A stretch of DNA of 64,000 nt from Anaerolineales bacterium (GTDB lineage: Bacteria; Chloroflexota; Anaerolineae; Anaerolineales; Villigracilaceae): the NCBI GenBank assembly GCA_016934715.1, contig JAFGSI010000011.1:2227-66226 (forward strand), in the 5' to 3' direction. Under the pieces are notes generated by a model. It was not told the DNA's origin, ran no database searches, and was given only the letters and a program-made list of their open reading frames with translations. Shown piece after piece: positions 16,345 to 25,248 of the stretch. Each line of letters starts with the position of its first letter. The stretch's first letter is position 1. Both the position numbers and the translations under genes were made by a program.

Positions 16345-18468
16345 TTACGGCCGGGTCATGGCAGACACGTCGACGTTCATATAGACGAGCGTGTCGTACA
16401 GGACCTGGATCACGTAGCGGCCGTTGTGGGCAAAGGCGCCCGGATCCTTCTGGAAGTACTGGTAGTTGTAAGCCGCGATCAGCAGGCGCGGGGACCAGGT
16501 GGAGTACCCACCCTCGCCCTCGTCGACCAGGCCGTTGGCATTGGCATCCGCAAAGAAGTACGGATAAGCGGTCGGGCTGTAAGCGATCGGTGTGCTAAGC
16601 GTATCCGCCGCATAATCCTGGATGGCCAGGTAGAGCAAGTCGGCCATGGTAGCGATCTCCTGGTCGAGCGGCTCGGCAGCGTCGCCGTCACCGTCGTAAT
16701 CGATGGCATTGGCGGTCATGCGGATCTCGCGCACGTCGCTGATGCCGGTGTGGCAGGTGGCGCAGGTCGAGAGAGCAATTTCCAGGGAGTGGGCATCGTG
16801 GCAGGACAGGCAGGTGTTGAGGTTGCCGCCCATACTGGCCGGGTGATCATTCTGACCGAAGTACGCATTGCCGGCGAACTGGTACATGCCCTGGGCTTCG
16901 TCGCCGAAGAGCGTGGCGCCGGCCGCAAAGTAGTGGATGTTGCGGAAACGGATGGACGCCGAAACCTCATCCGCCGGCGTGCTGCCGATCACACGGTTGA
17001 CGCTGGCCATCGACTCGCGCCCCTGGTGGCAGGTGATGCACAGGTTGCTGTCGGCGCCCTCTCCGAAGGTGACGGACAGGCCGCTCGGCATGCTGACCGA
17101 ATCAACCGTGTAGCGGTTGGGCCAGTTGGTCTCGTCGTGGCAGGTCGAGCATTGGAAGCCGTTGGAGGCCGGCTGGGCGATCGTGCTGCCCGCATTGGCC
17201 AGGAACATGGGCAGGCCGGTGGCGGTGTGACAGCGAACGCAGCCGTTCGGTACGGTGCCGAAATCGGGATCGCCGTCCCAGTGGCGGAAGGGCTCGGTGT
17301 TGCCGGCGAAGTGCCCGGCATCCTGGCGGCGCATGGCGCTCATATCGATCGGGTTGGACAGCTGGGTATTCAGGTCAGCCAGCGAGTCGAACAGCAGCTG
17401 GATGATGTACTTGTTGCCATGGGCGAAAGCCCCTGGGTCCTTGACCGACAACTGGTAGTTGTAGGCGGCGGCAAGCAGGCGCGGGGTCCAGGCAGTGAAC
17501 CGATTGGGGACGGTGGCCTCATCTTCATCCAGTATGCCATTGGCATTGGTGTCGATGAAGAAGTACGGGTAGGCGTCCGGCGAGTAGGCAACCGCCGTGC
17601 CGGCAATCTCAACGGCGTAAGCCTGGATGCCGGCCAGGAGCGCTGCCTGCATGCCCTGGATCTCGTAGTACATGCCTTCCGTGAGGTTGCCGTCGCCATC
17701 GTAGTCGACCGTGGAGGAGGGCTCGCGCACGTCGCGCAGGGCCTCGACCGTATCGACCTCGTGGCAGAACGAGCAGGTCTCGAGCTGGATTTCGAGGGTG
17801 TGCGAATCGTGGCAGTCCACGCAGGTGCTGACGCCCTCGACGTGCTCATAGCGGGAGTCGTAGGACATGCCTTCGTACTGGTAGCCGCCTCTGGCCTGGC
17901 CGCCATAGAGGGTGGCCGCCGCGGCGAAATAGTGGATGTTCAGGAAGCTGAGGTCGGCGCTGACCGTATCAGGAGCCATGCCGGCGGTGGCTTCCGCCAC
18001 GCTCCCGCCAGACTCACGTCCCTGGTGGCAGACCATGCAGCGAGCCTCAGGGCCGAGGCCGGTGACGGTCACGCCGGACGGGAAGGTGACACTGGAGAGA
18101 GTCTGGGTGGCATCATTGTGGCAGGTGGTGCAGGAGATGACGCCGCCGGGTGCCGCAACGTCAGCATCCACCATGCCGGCTGCGCTGCCGTCACCGCCCA
18201 GGAAGTCAACGTAACCAGCCGGGCTGTGGCAGCGGGCGCAGTCCGCCGGAATGACGGCCGGATCGTCCCCATCCCAGTGAACGAAGGCTTCCGCCGAGGC
18301 ATCGGCGTGGGCTGAGCCGGCCCAAGCCGCCAGGAAGGGAGGTTCGGCTGCCGGAGCAGCCACCTGCCCGCCGGTCATCTCTTCGGTGGCGCCGCTTCCG
18401 CAGGCGACCACGACCGTCGCCAAAAGCAGCAAACCACCGATCAGGAAGAGCAGTCTCTTTATGGACAT
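16345..18468 (-). CDS. Decahaem c-type cytochrome lipoprotein built from two pentahaem repeats
   Basis: Signal and lipobox MSIKRLLFLIGGLLLLATVVVAC. Ten CxxCH motifs: CARCH, CTTCH, CMVCH, CVDCH, CSFCH, CVRCH, CSTCH, CITCH, CLSCH, CATCH. The two ~330-aa halves align, e.g. NIHYFAA..., DYDGDG..., YPYFF.D.NANG, AAYNYQ, DPGAFAH. I chose the ATG at 18468, 9 nt after GAGGAG. Confidence 0.85.
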   Translation of the reverse strand: MSIKRLLFLIGGLLLLATVVVACGSGATEEMTGGQVAAPAAEPPFLAAWAGSAHADASAEAFVHWDGDDPAVIPADCARCHSPAGYVDFLGGDGSAAGMVDADVAAPGGVISCTTCHNDATQTLSSVTFPSGVTVTGLGPEARCMVCHQGRESGGSVAEATAGMAPDTVSADLSFLNIHYFAAAATLYGGQARGGYQYEGMSYDSRYEHVEGVSTCVDCHDSHTLEIQLETCSFCHEVDTVEALRDVREPSSTVDYDGDGNLTEGMYYEIQGMQAALLAGIQAYAVEIAGTAVAYSPDAYPYFFIDTNANGILDEDEATVPNRFTAWTPRLLAAAYNYQLSVKDPGAFAHGNKYIIQLLFDSLADLNTQLSNPIDMSAMRRQDAGHFAGNTEPFRHWDGDPDFGTVPNGCVRCHTATGLPMFLANAGSTIAQPASNGFQCSTCHDETNWPNRYTVDSVSMPSGLSVTFGEGADSNLCITCHQGRESMASVNRVIGSTPADEVSASIRFRNIHYFAAGATLFGDEAQGMYQFAGNAYFGQNDHPASMGGNLNTCLSCHDAHSLEIALSTCATCHTGISDVREIRMTANAIDYDGDGDAAEPLDQEIATMADLLYLAIQDYAADTLSTPIAYSPTAYPYFFADANANGLVDEGEGGYSTWSPRLLIAAYNYQYFQKDPGAFAHNGRYVIQVLYDTLVYMNVDVSAMTRP

Positions 18469-18667
18469 TTCGTGATTCTCCTCAAATGTTTTTGGGGGCG
18501 AACAGTGGAAAAGGGGATTGGGTGGGAGCACCTCCTTTTGGGCCAATAGCCCCAAGCAAGATCTTGTGAAGAACAACCATATTGGGTTTATAACCCCAAC
18601 GACGATTAAAATCAAGTTAATTATTAATGACAATCTCGTGACATATATCACTCAATTCGCATGACAA

Positions 18668-20209
18668 ATGGCCATAAATCTTCAGGGAGTTGGTGTAAAA
18701 TACCCAATAGAGTCGCTCCTCATGTCCGGGCAAGCATTCGATCAACTGCTTTACTTCATCTACTTTGTCTATGGACTGGCCTTTTTCGGCATGGGCCTGA
18801 CCATGGCACTCGAATCGGGCCGTTCGCCGGCCCTGGCGGAGGCCCGTCTCCTGCGGCCCCTGGCCGCCTTCGGCCTGATCCACGGCTCCCACGAGTGGCT
18901 GGAGGCCTACCTGCTCCAGGCCCACGCCACCGGGGCTGCTCTGCCGGGCTGGCTGGACTGGGCCCGCTGCACAATCCTGGTGACCTCCTTCCTGTTCCTG
19001 CTCAACTACGGGATCCGCACCTTCCAGACACCCGGGTACAGACCGTTGCTCGGGATGCGCCTGGGAATCGCCGTCCTCGGGATCTACAGCCTGGTCATCC
19101 TGGCCAGCGCCATGCTGACCTACTGGAACGGCGAGGTGCCCTGGGCCCGCCTGCTCGACAGCCTGGCCCGTTACCTGCTGGCCGTGCCGGGAGCGGCCCT
19201 GGCAGCCCTGGCGCTGCGCTTCGAGTCGGACGAAGCCAGGAGCCGCGACCGCCGAACACTGTCGCTCTCCCTGACGGTGGCCGCGGCCGGCTTCGGGGTC
19301 TACAGCCTGACCCAGGTCTTCGTCCCGCCGCTGGAGATGGCCCCGGCCAGCTTCCTCAACACGCTCAGCTTCCAGAGCCTGGCCGGCTTCCCGATCCAAC
19401 TGGTGCGCTCGGCGATGGCGGTCATGATCACCCTCAGCCTGGCCCGTGCCACCCAGGAGGTCGAAAAGGAACGCCAGCAGAAGCTGGTGACCGCCCAGCA
19501 GGCCCGCCTGGAGGCCCTCGAGCAGGTCCAGGCCGAACTGACCGGACGCGAGACCTTGCGGCGTGAACTGCTGCGCCATACCGTCCGGGCCCAGGAAGAG
19601 GAGCGCGGCCGGATCGCTCGCGAGCTGCACGACGAAACCGCCCAGGTCCTGGCCGCCTTCGGCCTCGACCTGGCCACCCTGCAGACCATGCTCCCGGTCC
19701 GTCCGGACGCGCAGGCCCTGGTCGGCAGGCTGCAGGCGCACAGCCGGGAGATATCGCAGAGCCTCTACCGCCTGGTCCACGATCTGCGCCCGGCCCAACT
19801 GGACGATCTGGGTCTGGTCCCCGCCCTGGACTACCTGGGCGAGCGTGCGGCAGCCAAGGGACTGGAGCTCCGCCAGCAGATCGTGGGCGAGGTCCGCCGG
19901 CTGGAGCCCGTGATCGAGACAGTGCTCTTCCGGGTCGCCCAGGAGGCGCTCAACAACGTGGCCCGCCACGCCAGCACGAACCAGGCCGAGATTTGCCTGG
20001 TGTACGAGACTCAGGAAGTGACCCTGTGGGTTCGCGACCCGGGCCGCGGATTCAATCCCACCCAGTCCTTCATTCCACCGCGCGGCTGGGGCCTGGCCGG
20101 GATGCGCGAACGGGTCGAATCAGTCGGCGGACACTTAAAAGTTACCTCCGCCCCAGAGGAGGGAACCACCGTCGAGGTGGCCATCCCGGTCTTTGACTTG
20201 ATTCCCTGA
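18668..20209 (+). CDS. Sensor histidine kinase (HisKA_3 type), paralogue of 6146..7660 with the same membrane sensor domain
   Basis: YGLAFFGMGL...LRPLAAFGLIHGSHEWLE matches YGLAFFSMGL...LRPLAAFGLVHALHEWLE in the first kinase. The H-box is ERGRIARELHDETAQ. The start is uncertain; an alternative ATG lies at 18722. Confidence 0.85.
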   Translation: MAINLQGVGVKYPIESLLMSGQAFDQLLYFIYFVYGLAFFGMGLTMALESGRSPALAEARLLRPLAAFGLIHGSHEWLEAYLLQAHATGAALPGWLDWARCTILVTSFLFLLNYGIRTFQTPGYRPLLGMRLGIAVLGIYSLVILASAMLTYWNGEVPWARLLDSLARYLLAVPGAALAALALRFESDEARSRDRRTLSLSLTVAAAGFGVYSLTQVFVPPLEMAPASFLNTLSFQSLAGFPIQLVRSAMAVMITLSLARATQEVEKERQQKLVTAQQARLEALEQVQAELTGRETLRRELLRHTVRAQEEERGRIARELHDETAQVLAAFGLDLATLQTMLPVRPDAQALVGRLQAHSREISQSLYRLVHDLRPAQLDDLGLVPALDYLGERAAAKGLELRQQIVGEVRRLEPVIETVLFRVAQEALNNVARHASTNQAEICLVYETQEVTLWVRDPGRGFNPTQSFIPPRGWGLAGMRERVESVGGHLKVTSAPEEGTTVEVAIPVFDLIP

Positions 20210-20229
20210 TCACAGGTTGAAGGGAGAAG

Positions 20230-20928
20230 GTGATGAAAAAGATCCGCCTGATGCTGGTCGACGACCACGACGTGGTGCGCGCCGGCCTGAAGTCCTACCT
20301 GCAGACCCAGGAAGACTTCGAGGTCATTGCTGAGGCCAGCAACGGCCAGGAGGCGCTCGAACGCACCCGGGATGCCTGCCCGGATGTGATCCTGATGGAT
20401 ATCACCATGCCCGGAATGGATGGGATGGAGGCCACCCGCCAGATGCGGGCCCGCAACCCGCAGTGCCTGATCCTGGCCCTGACCGTCCACGATGACAAAC
20501 AGTACTTCATGCAGATGCTGGCCGCGGGTGCCTCCGGGTACATCACCAAACAGGCTGCCCCCGACGAACTGATCGCTGCCATCCACACCATCGCCGCTGG
20601 CAACGTTTATCTCCAGCCGGCGCTGGCCCGCTGGCTGCTGGAAGATTACCAGCGCCTGGCCGGCCAGGCCGACCTGGTCGAACCGGCCTCCCCGCTCGCG
20701 GCAGAGCAGGATACCATGGTCGACCTGCAGGTGCTCAGCCAGCGCGAACGCCAGGTGCTCGAACTGGTGGCGGAGGGCCATAACAATAACGAGATCGGCG
20801 ATCGCCTGGGCCTGAGCCCCAAGACGATCGCCCGCCATCGCGAGCGCATCATGAACAAACTCAACATGCACTCGCGCACCGAACTGGTCAAGTTTGCCAT
20901 CCGCACGGGGCTGGTGCAGTTACATTAG
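20230..20928 (+). CDS. Response regulator, NarL/LuxR family
   Basis: Receiver domain IRLMLVDDHDVV...DVILMDITMPGMDG plus a LuxR HTH, LSQRERQVLELVAEGHNNNEIGDRLGLSPKTIARHRERIMNKL. Confidence 0.9.
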   Translation: MMKKIRLMLVDDHDVVRAGLKSYLQTQEDFEVIAEASNGQEALERTRDACPDVILMDITMPGMDGMEATRQMRARNPQCLILALTVHDDKQYFMQMLAAGASGYITKQAAPDELIAAIHTIAAGNVYLQPALARWLLEDYQRLAGQADLVEPASPLAAEQDTMVDLQVLSQRERQVLELVAEGHNNNEIGDRLGLSPKTIARHRERIMNKLNMHSRTELVKFAIRTGLVQLH

Positions 20929-21018
20929 AAAACGCTCATGAGACCACATTCTCACCCCGGTTTAATCTCCATATGGATAATTGACCTTATTCCCTTTCGA
21001 TCGGTAGGAGGAATATCC

Positions 21019-21498
21019 ATGCGACTTAAATTCATCCTGGGCGGAGTTGCCATCCTGGCCGCCATCGTCTTCCTGATCGCCACATCCATGAACGCCAGTG
21101 CCGAATACTTCCTGACGGTCGACGAGGTCCAGGCCCGCCAAAGCGAGATCGTCGGGCGCAATCTGCGCATATCCGGCGCCGTGATTGGTGATACAATTTC
21201 CTATGAGCCGGATTCCCTGACCCTGACCTTCGTGATCGCCCATATCCCGGGCGGCAATCGCGAGATCGAAGCCCAGGGCGGACTGGCCCTGGTGCTGCAT
21301 GAAGCGGTCACAGATCCGACCCGGACCCGCCTGACCGTGGTCTACATCGGTCCGAAGCCGGACCTCCTGCAGGATGAGGCCCAGGCGATCGTCACCGGCC
21401 AGTTGGGCGACGACGGCATCTTCTACGCGGACGAACTCCTGCTCAAGTGCCCGACCCGCTACGAGGAGGCGCTCCCCGAGCAGGCCCTCGAGAACTAG
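21019..21498 (+). CDS. ccmE: Cytochrome c maturation haem chaperone CcmE, Cys variant (CxxxY instead of HxxxY)
   Basis: An N-terminal TM anchor and OB-fold region are followed by FYADELLLKCPTRYEE. This aligns to the canonical ADE(V/L)LAKHDExY with His replaced by Cys. AGGAGG lies upstream of the ATG at 21019. Confidence 0.8.
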   Translation: MRLKFILGGVAILAAIVFLIATSMNASAEYFLTVDEVQARQSEIVGRNLRISGAVIGDTISYEPDSLTLTFVIAHIPGGNREIEAQGGLALVLHEAVTDPTRTRLTVVYIGPKPDLLQDEAQAIVTGQLGDDGIFYADELLLKCPTRYEEALPEQALEN

Positions 21499-21584
21499 TT
21501 TGACAGATGTGACGGCTTTCGAGGTACGAGCGGAACTCCCGCTGGGAACTTCGCGAAGCCGTTCCTTTGTTTTAAGGAGTCGCC

Positions 21585-23591
21585 ATGTTCATTGATTTTG
21601 GCTTCGGCATCCTGGTCCTGACCCTGGCGGTGACGCTGTTCAGCATTGCTGCAGCGCTGTACGGCTTCTACACAGGATCCCCACGCTGGGTCGAAAGCGC
21701 CCGCCGGGCGATGCAATTGACCTTCCCGCTGATCACCCTGGTGGCCCTGGCCCTGATCTACCTGCTCGTCAGCGGCCATTACGAGGTCCAGTTCGTCTAC
21801 TCGGTGACCAGCAACGAGATGCCCCTGTACCTCAAGATCACAGCCCTGTGGGGAGGGCAGGAAGGATCGCTGATCCTGTGGGCCTGGCTGCTGGCAGTTT
21901 TCACCAGCGCCGTGACCCTGCGCAAGTGGGATCGCGACCAGGAGCTGCTGCCCTGGGTGATCATCGTCACGGCGATCACGCTGGCCTTCTTCCTGGCCCT
22001 GGTGATCTTCTTTGAAAATCCCTTCGCCCGCTGGTGGATCCTGCCCGACAACACCCCGGTGGCGGCCATGTTCCAGCCGAGCGGAGCCGTGCCAGCCTTC
22101 CCGAACAACGGCGAGGGCCTCAACCCGCTGCTGCGCCACCCCGGGATGATCATCCACCCGCCGATGCTCTACCTGGGCTTCGTGGCCTTCGTGATCCCCT
22201 ACGCCTTCGCGATTGCCGCCCTGGTCACCGGCCGGACCGATGACCGCTGGCTGCGCCTGACCCGCCGCTGGACCCTGATCGCCTGGCTGTTCCTGTCGAT
22301 CGGCCTGGTGCTGGGTGCCCGCTGGGCCTACGACGTGCTTGGCTGGGGAGGGTACTGGGGATGGGACCCGGTCGAGATCGCCGCCTTCATGCCCTGGCTG
22401 ACCGGCACCGCCTTCCTGCACTCGGTCATGATCCAGGAGAAGCGCGGCCTGTTCAAGCAGTGGAACATGATCCTGGTCATCCTGACCTATTCGCTGGTCC
22501 TCTTCGGCACCTTCCTGACCCGTTCCGGGGTGCTTTCCTCGGTGCACGCCTTCGCCCAGAGCGCCATCGGGCCGATGTTCTTCAGCTTCATCGGAGTCAC
22601 CTTTATCACCTCGCTGGTCCTGCTCTTCCACCGCTGGAAGGACCTGACTGCCACGATTGAGATGAAATCGATGCTCTCACGCGAGGCCCTGTTTCTGCTC
22701 AACAACCTGCTCTTCATCGGCGTCCTGATCATCTGCTTCTGGGGAGTGGTCTCCCCGTTGATCTCCGAGCTGGCCACCGGCCAGAAGATCACCGTCGGGC
22801 CGCCGTTCTACGAGCGGGCCACCTCCCCACTGTGGGGCGCCCTGATGCTGCTGATGGGCGTGGCGCCTCTCTCGGCCTGGGGCAAGTCGACGTTCACCAC
22901 CCTCGGCAAGGCGCTCTGGAAGCCGGCCCTCCTGGCCGCGCTGACCCCTCTTATGCTGGCCGCCCTGGGCATGCGCAACTGGGTCGCCCTGCTCGGCTTC
23001 ACCCTGGTAGCCCTGGTCATCTTCGTCAGCCTGCACGAATACTGGCGCGGCGCCCGCGCCCGCCAGAAGGCCCAGGGCGAGGGCTTCTTGACCGCCCTGG
23101 CGCGCCTGGCTGCCCGCAACCGGCGCCGCTACGGCGGCTACATCATCCACATCAGCATGGTCATCATGGCCATCGGCATCCTGGGCATCGAGATCTTCCA
23201 GACCGAGACCCAGCGCAACATGGCGATCGGCGACCAGGTCGAGCTGGCCGGCTACACCGTGCGCTACGACTCGCTGGCCCAGTTCCCCTACAGCGACGGG
23301 CGCTTCGTCACCCGGGCGGTCATGAGCGTCTTCAAGGCAGGTGAATTCGTGGATGAGATCTACCCGCGCTACGACCTCTACCCGGGCGGCCAGCCCATGA
23401 CCATTCCAGGCGTCCGCAGCACCCTGGTCGATGACCTGTATGTGGTGCTGGTCAACTGGGAGAACGTCTCGGCCACCCAGACCCCCTTCAAGATCTATCA
23501 CAACCCGCTGGTCAACTGGCTGTGGATCGGCAGCGGCATCTTCATTCTCGGCTACCTGCTGGCCGCCTGGCCACAGAAAGAGAATGGTTAG
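21585..23591 (+). CDS. ccmF: Cytochrome c haem lyase subunit CcmF
   Basis: 668 aa and polytopic. The WWD motif is WGGYWGWDPVE. AAGGAG RBS is present. Confidence 0.9.
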   Translation: MFIDFGFGILVLTLAVTLFSIAAALYGFYTGSPRWVESARRAMQLTFPLITLVALALIYLLVSGHYEVQFVYSVTSNEMPLYLKITALWGGQEGSLILWAWLLAVFTSAVTLRKWDRDQELLPWVIIVTAITLAFFLALVIFFENPFARWWILPDNTPVAAMFQPSGAVPAFPNNGEGLNPLLRHPGMIIHPPMLYLGFVAFVIPYAFAIAALVTGRTDDRWLRLTRRWTLIAWLFLSIGLVLGARWAYDVLGWGGYWGWDPVEIAAFMPWLTGTAFLHSVMIQEKRGLFKQWNMILVILTYSLVLFGTFLTRSGVLSSVHAFAQSAIGPMFFSFIGVTFITSLVLLFHRWKDLTATIEMKSMLSREALFLLNNLLFIGVLIICFWGVVSPLISELATGQKITVGPPFYERATSPLWGALMLLMGVAPLSAWGKSTFTTLGKALWKPALLAALTPLMLAALGMRNWVALLGFTLVALVIFVSLHEYWRGARARQKAQGEGFLTALARLAARNRRRYGGYIIHISMVIMAIGILGIEIFQTETQRNMAIGDQVELAGYTVRYDSLAQFPYSDGRFVTRAVMSVFKAGEFVDEIYPRYDLYPGGQPMTIPGVRSTLVDDLYVVLVNWENVSATQTPFKIYHNPLVNWLWIGSGIFILGYLLAAWPQKENG

Positions 23592-23617
23592 GCCAGAACC
23601 CCAAAAGGCAAACCGGC

Positions 23618-24133
23618 ATGGACAAGAAACGTCTCCGCATCTCGATTTTCGTCTTGCTCTTCCTGGGACTGAGCTTCCTGTTTTCCGCCGTCCAGGTCCC
23701 CCCGGCCCTGGCCCAGGAGGCCACGCCCTCCGATGACGAGGTCAACGCCATCGCCCGCCAGTTGTACTGCCCGGTCTGCGAGAACACGCCTCTCGACGTC
23801 TGCCCGACCGAGGCCTGCCGCCAGTGGCGCGACCTGATCCGCCAGATGCTGGCCGAAGGCCGCACGGAAGATGAGATCAAGCAGTACTTCGTCGACAACT
23901 ACGGTGCCCGCGTCCTGGCCGAACCGCCCCGCTCGGGATTCTTCTGGCTGGTCTACATCGTCCCGCCGGCGGCCATCCTGGCGGCGGCCTTCTTTTTCAT
24001 CCGCGCCTTTCGGACCTGGAAGCAGATGGCCCGGGAACCAGCCGGCGGCTCCGCGGCGAGCGACGGCGAAGCGTCCCAAACCCGGGACGATTACGCCGCC
24101 CGCCTGGAAGCAGAGCTCGAGAAACGCAAATAA
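23618..24133 (+). CDS. ccmH: Cytochrome c maturation protein CcmH/NrfF/CycL
   Basis: Signal peptide, then IARQLYCPVCENTPLDVC (the LRCxxC-type motif), EDEIKQYFVDNYGARVL, and a TM helix. Confidence 0.8.
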   Translation: MDKKRLRISIFVLLFLGLSFLFSAVQVPPALAQEATPSDDEVNAIARQLYCPVCENTPLDVCPTEACRQWRDLIRQMLAEGRTEDEIKQYFVDNYGARVLAEPPRSGFFWLVYIVPPAAILAAAFFFIRAFRTWKQMAREPAGGSAASDGEASQTRDDYAARLEAELEKRK

Positions 24134-24141
24134 GGAATCGA

Positions 24142-24732
24142 ATGAACGAAAACAACCCGACACCCCCCGCCCCCCGGCGCGGCGCGCCGCTGTGGGTCCA
24201 GATCCTGGTCTTTGCCGCCCTGCTGGGGCTGCTGGTCCTGGTCGGGCTGGGATTGGCCCGCGCCCAGCAGCCGATCATTGCCGTAGGCGCCGCGGTCCCC
24301 GACTTCACCCTGACCCTCTTTGACGGCTACGCGTACAACGGGGCCGGAGAGGTCAGCCTGACCGATCTGCGCGGCCAGGTGGTGGTGATCAACTTCTGGG
24401 CCTCGTGGTGCAAGCCCTGCGAGGAAGAAGCCGCTGACCTGGAAGCCGCCTGGCGCCATTACGCCGCCCAAGCCCCGGGGAGGGTGATCTTCCTGGGCAT
24501 CGACTATGTCGACACCGAGCCGCAGGCGCGTTCCTATCTGGCCAAGTTCGAAATCAGCTTCCCCAACGGCCCCGACATGGGGACGCGCATCTCGCAGGCC
24601 TTCAACCGCACCATGGGTGTGCCCGAGACCTATATCATCGACCAGAACGGGATCCTGGTCCACGTTCAGATCGGGCCGTTCCTGTCGGTGGCAGAAATCC
24701 AGCGGATCATCGATCCGCTCCTGGGGAGGTAA
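24142..24732 (+). CDS. ccmG: Membrane-anchored thiol:disulfide oxidoreductase (TlpA/ResA/CcmG family)
   Basis: TM anchor plus a thioredoxin fold with VVINFWASWCKPCEEE (WCxxC). It sits inside the ccm cluster. Confidence 0.8.
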   Translation: MNENNPTPPAPRRGAPLWVQILVFAALLGLLVLVGLGLARAQQPIIAVGAAVPDFTLTLFDGYAYNGAGEVSLTDLRGQVVVINFWASWCKPCEEEAADLEAAWRHYAAQAPGRVIFLGIDYVDTEPQARSYLAKFEISFPNGPDMGTRISQAFNRTMGVPETYIIDQNGILVHVQIGPFLSVAEIQRIIDPLLGR

Positions 24733-24735
24733 CTG

Positions 24736-25221
24736 ATGGACCTCGGTGCCATTCTCTTGATTTTGGCGGTGCTCGTCGGGGTGGTCCTTTTCGTCGGTCG
24801 GCCCCTGATGACCCGCTTCCGGATGACCGCCCACCAGGACCAGGAACTCTCCGCCCTGCAGGCCAAACACGAAAGCATCCTGACCGCCCTGCAGGAACTC
24901 GACTTCGACAACAGCCTGGACAAGGTCCCGGCCGAGGATTTTTCCATCCAGCGGGCCGAACTGCTCCAGCACGGCGCCGAGGTCCTGCGCCGGCTCGACG
25001 CTCTGCAGGGCAGACCGGCCGCGATCACCGAGGCCCGGGGCGAAGCCGCCAGCGCTTCCCGCCGCCACAAGAAGGCCCTCACCGACGACGACCTGGAAGA
25101 CCTGATCGCCAACCGCCGCAGGGTCGTCAAGCAGAAGGCCGGTGGATTCTGCCCCCAATGCGGCAAACCCGTCCTGCAGTCCGACAGCTTCTGCCCGGCC
25201 TGCGGGGCCAAACTTGCATAA
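24736..25221 (+). CDS. Membrane protein with CcmI-like N-terminal region and C-terminal zinc ribbon
   Basis: TM + RPL motif (ILLILAVLVGVVLFVGRPLMTR), a helical LSALQAKHESILTALQELDFDNSLDKVPAEDFSIQRAELLQ resembling the CcmI/CycH N-terminal module, and a C-terminal FCPQCGKPVLQSDSFCPACGAKL. Confidence 0.4.
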   Translation: MDLGAILLILAVLVGVVLFVGRPLMTRFRMTAHQDQELSALQAKHESILTALQELDFDNSLDKVPAEDFSIQRAELLQHGAEVLRRLDALQGRPAAITEARGEAASASRRHKKALTDDDLEDLIANRRRVVKQKAGGFCPQCGKPVLQSDSFCPACGAKLA

Positions 25222-25248
25222 ATACGGGATGCTCTCAAGGATTTTTGG

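Noticed and set aside
14884-18315. 1143-aa ORF on the plus strand across the cytochrome genes
   Set aside because: It is antisense to three genes with 28 CxxCH motifs, RBSs and signal peptides. It has a Gly/Arg/Val-rich composition and no motifs, so it is a shadow ORF.
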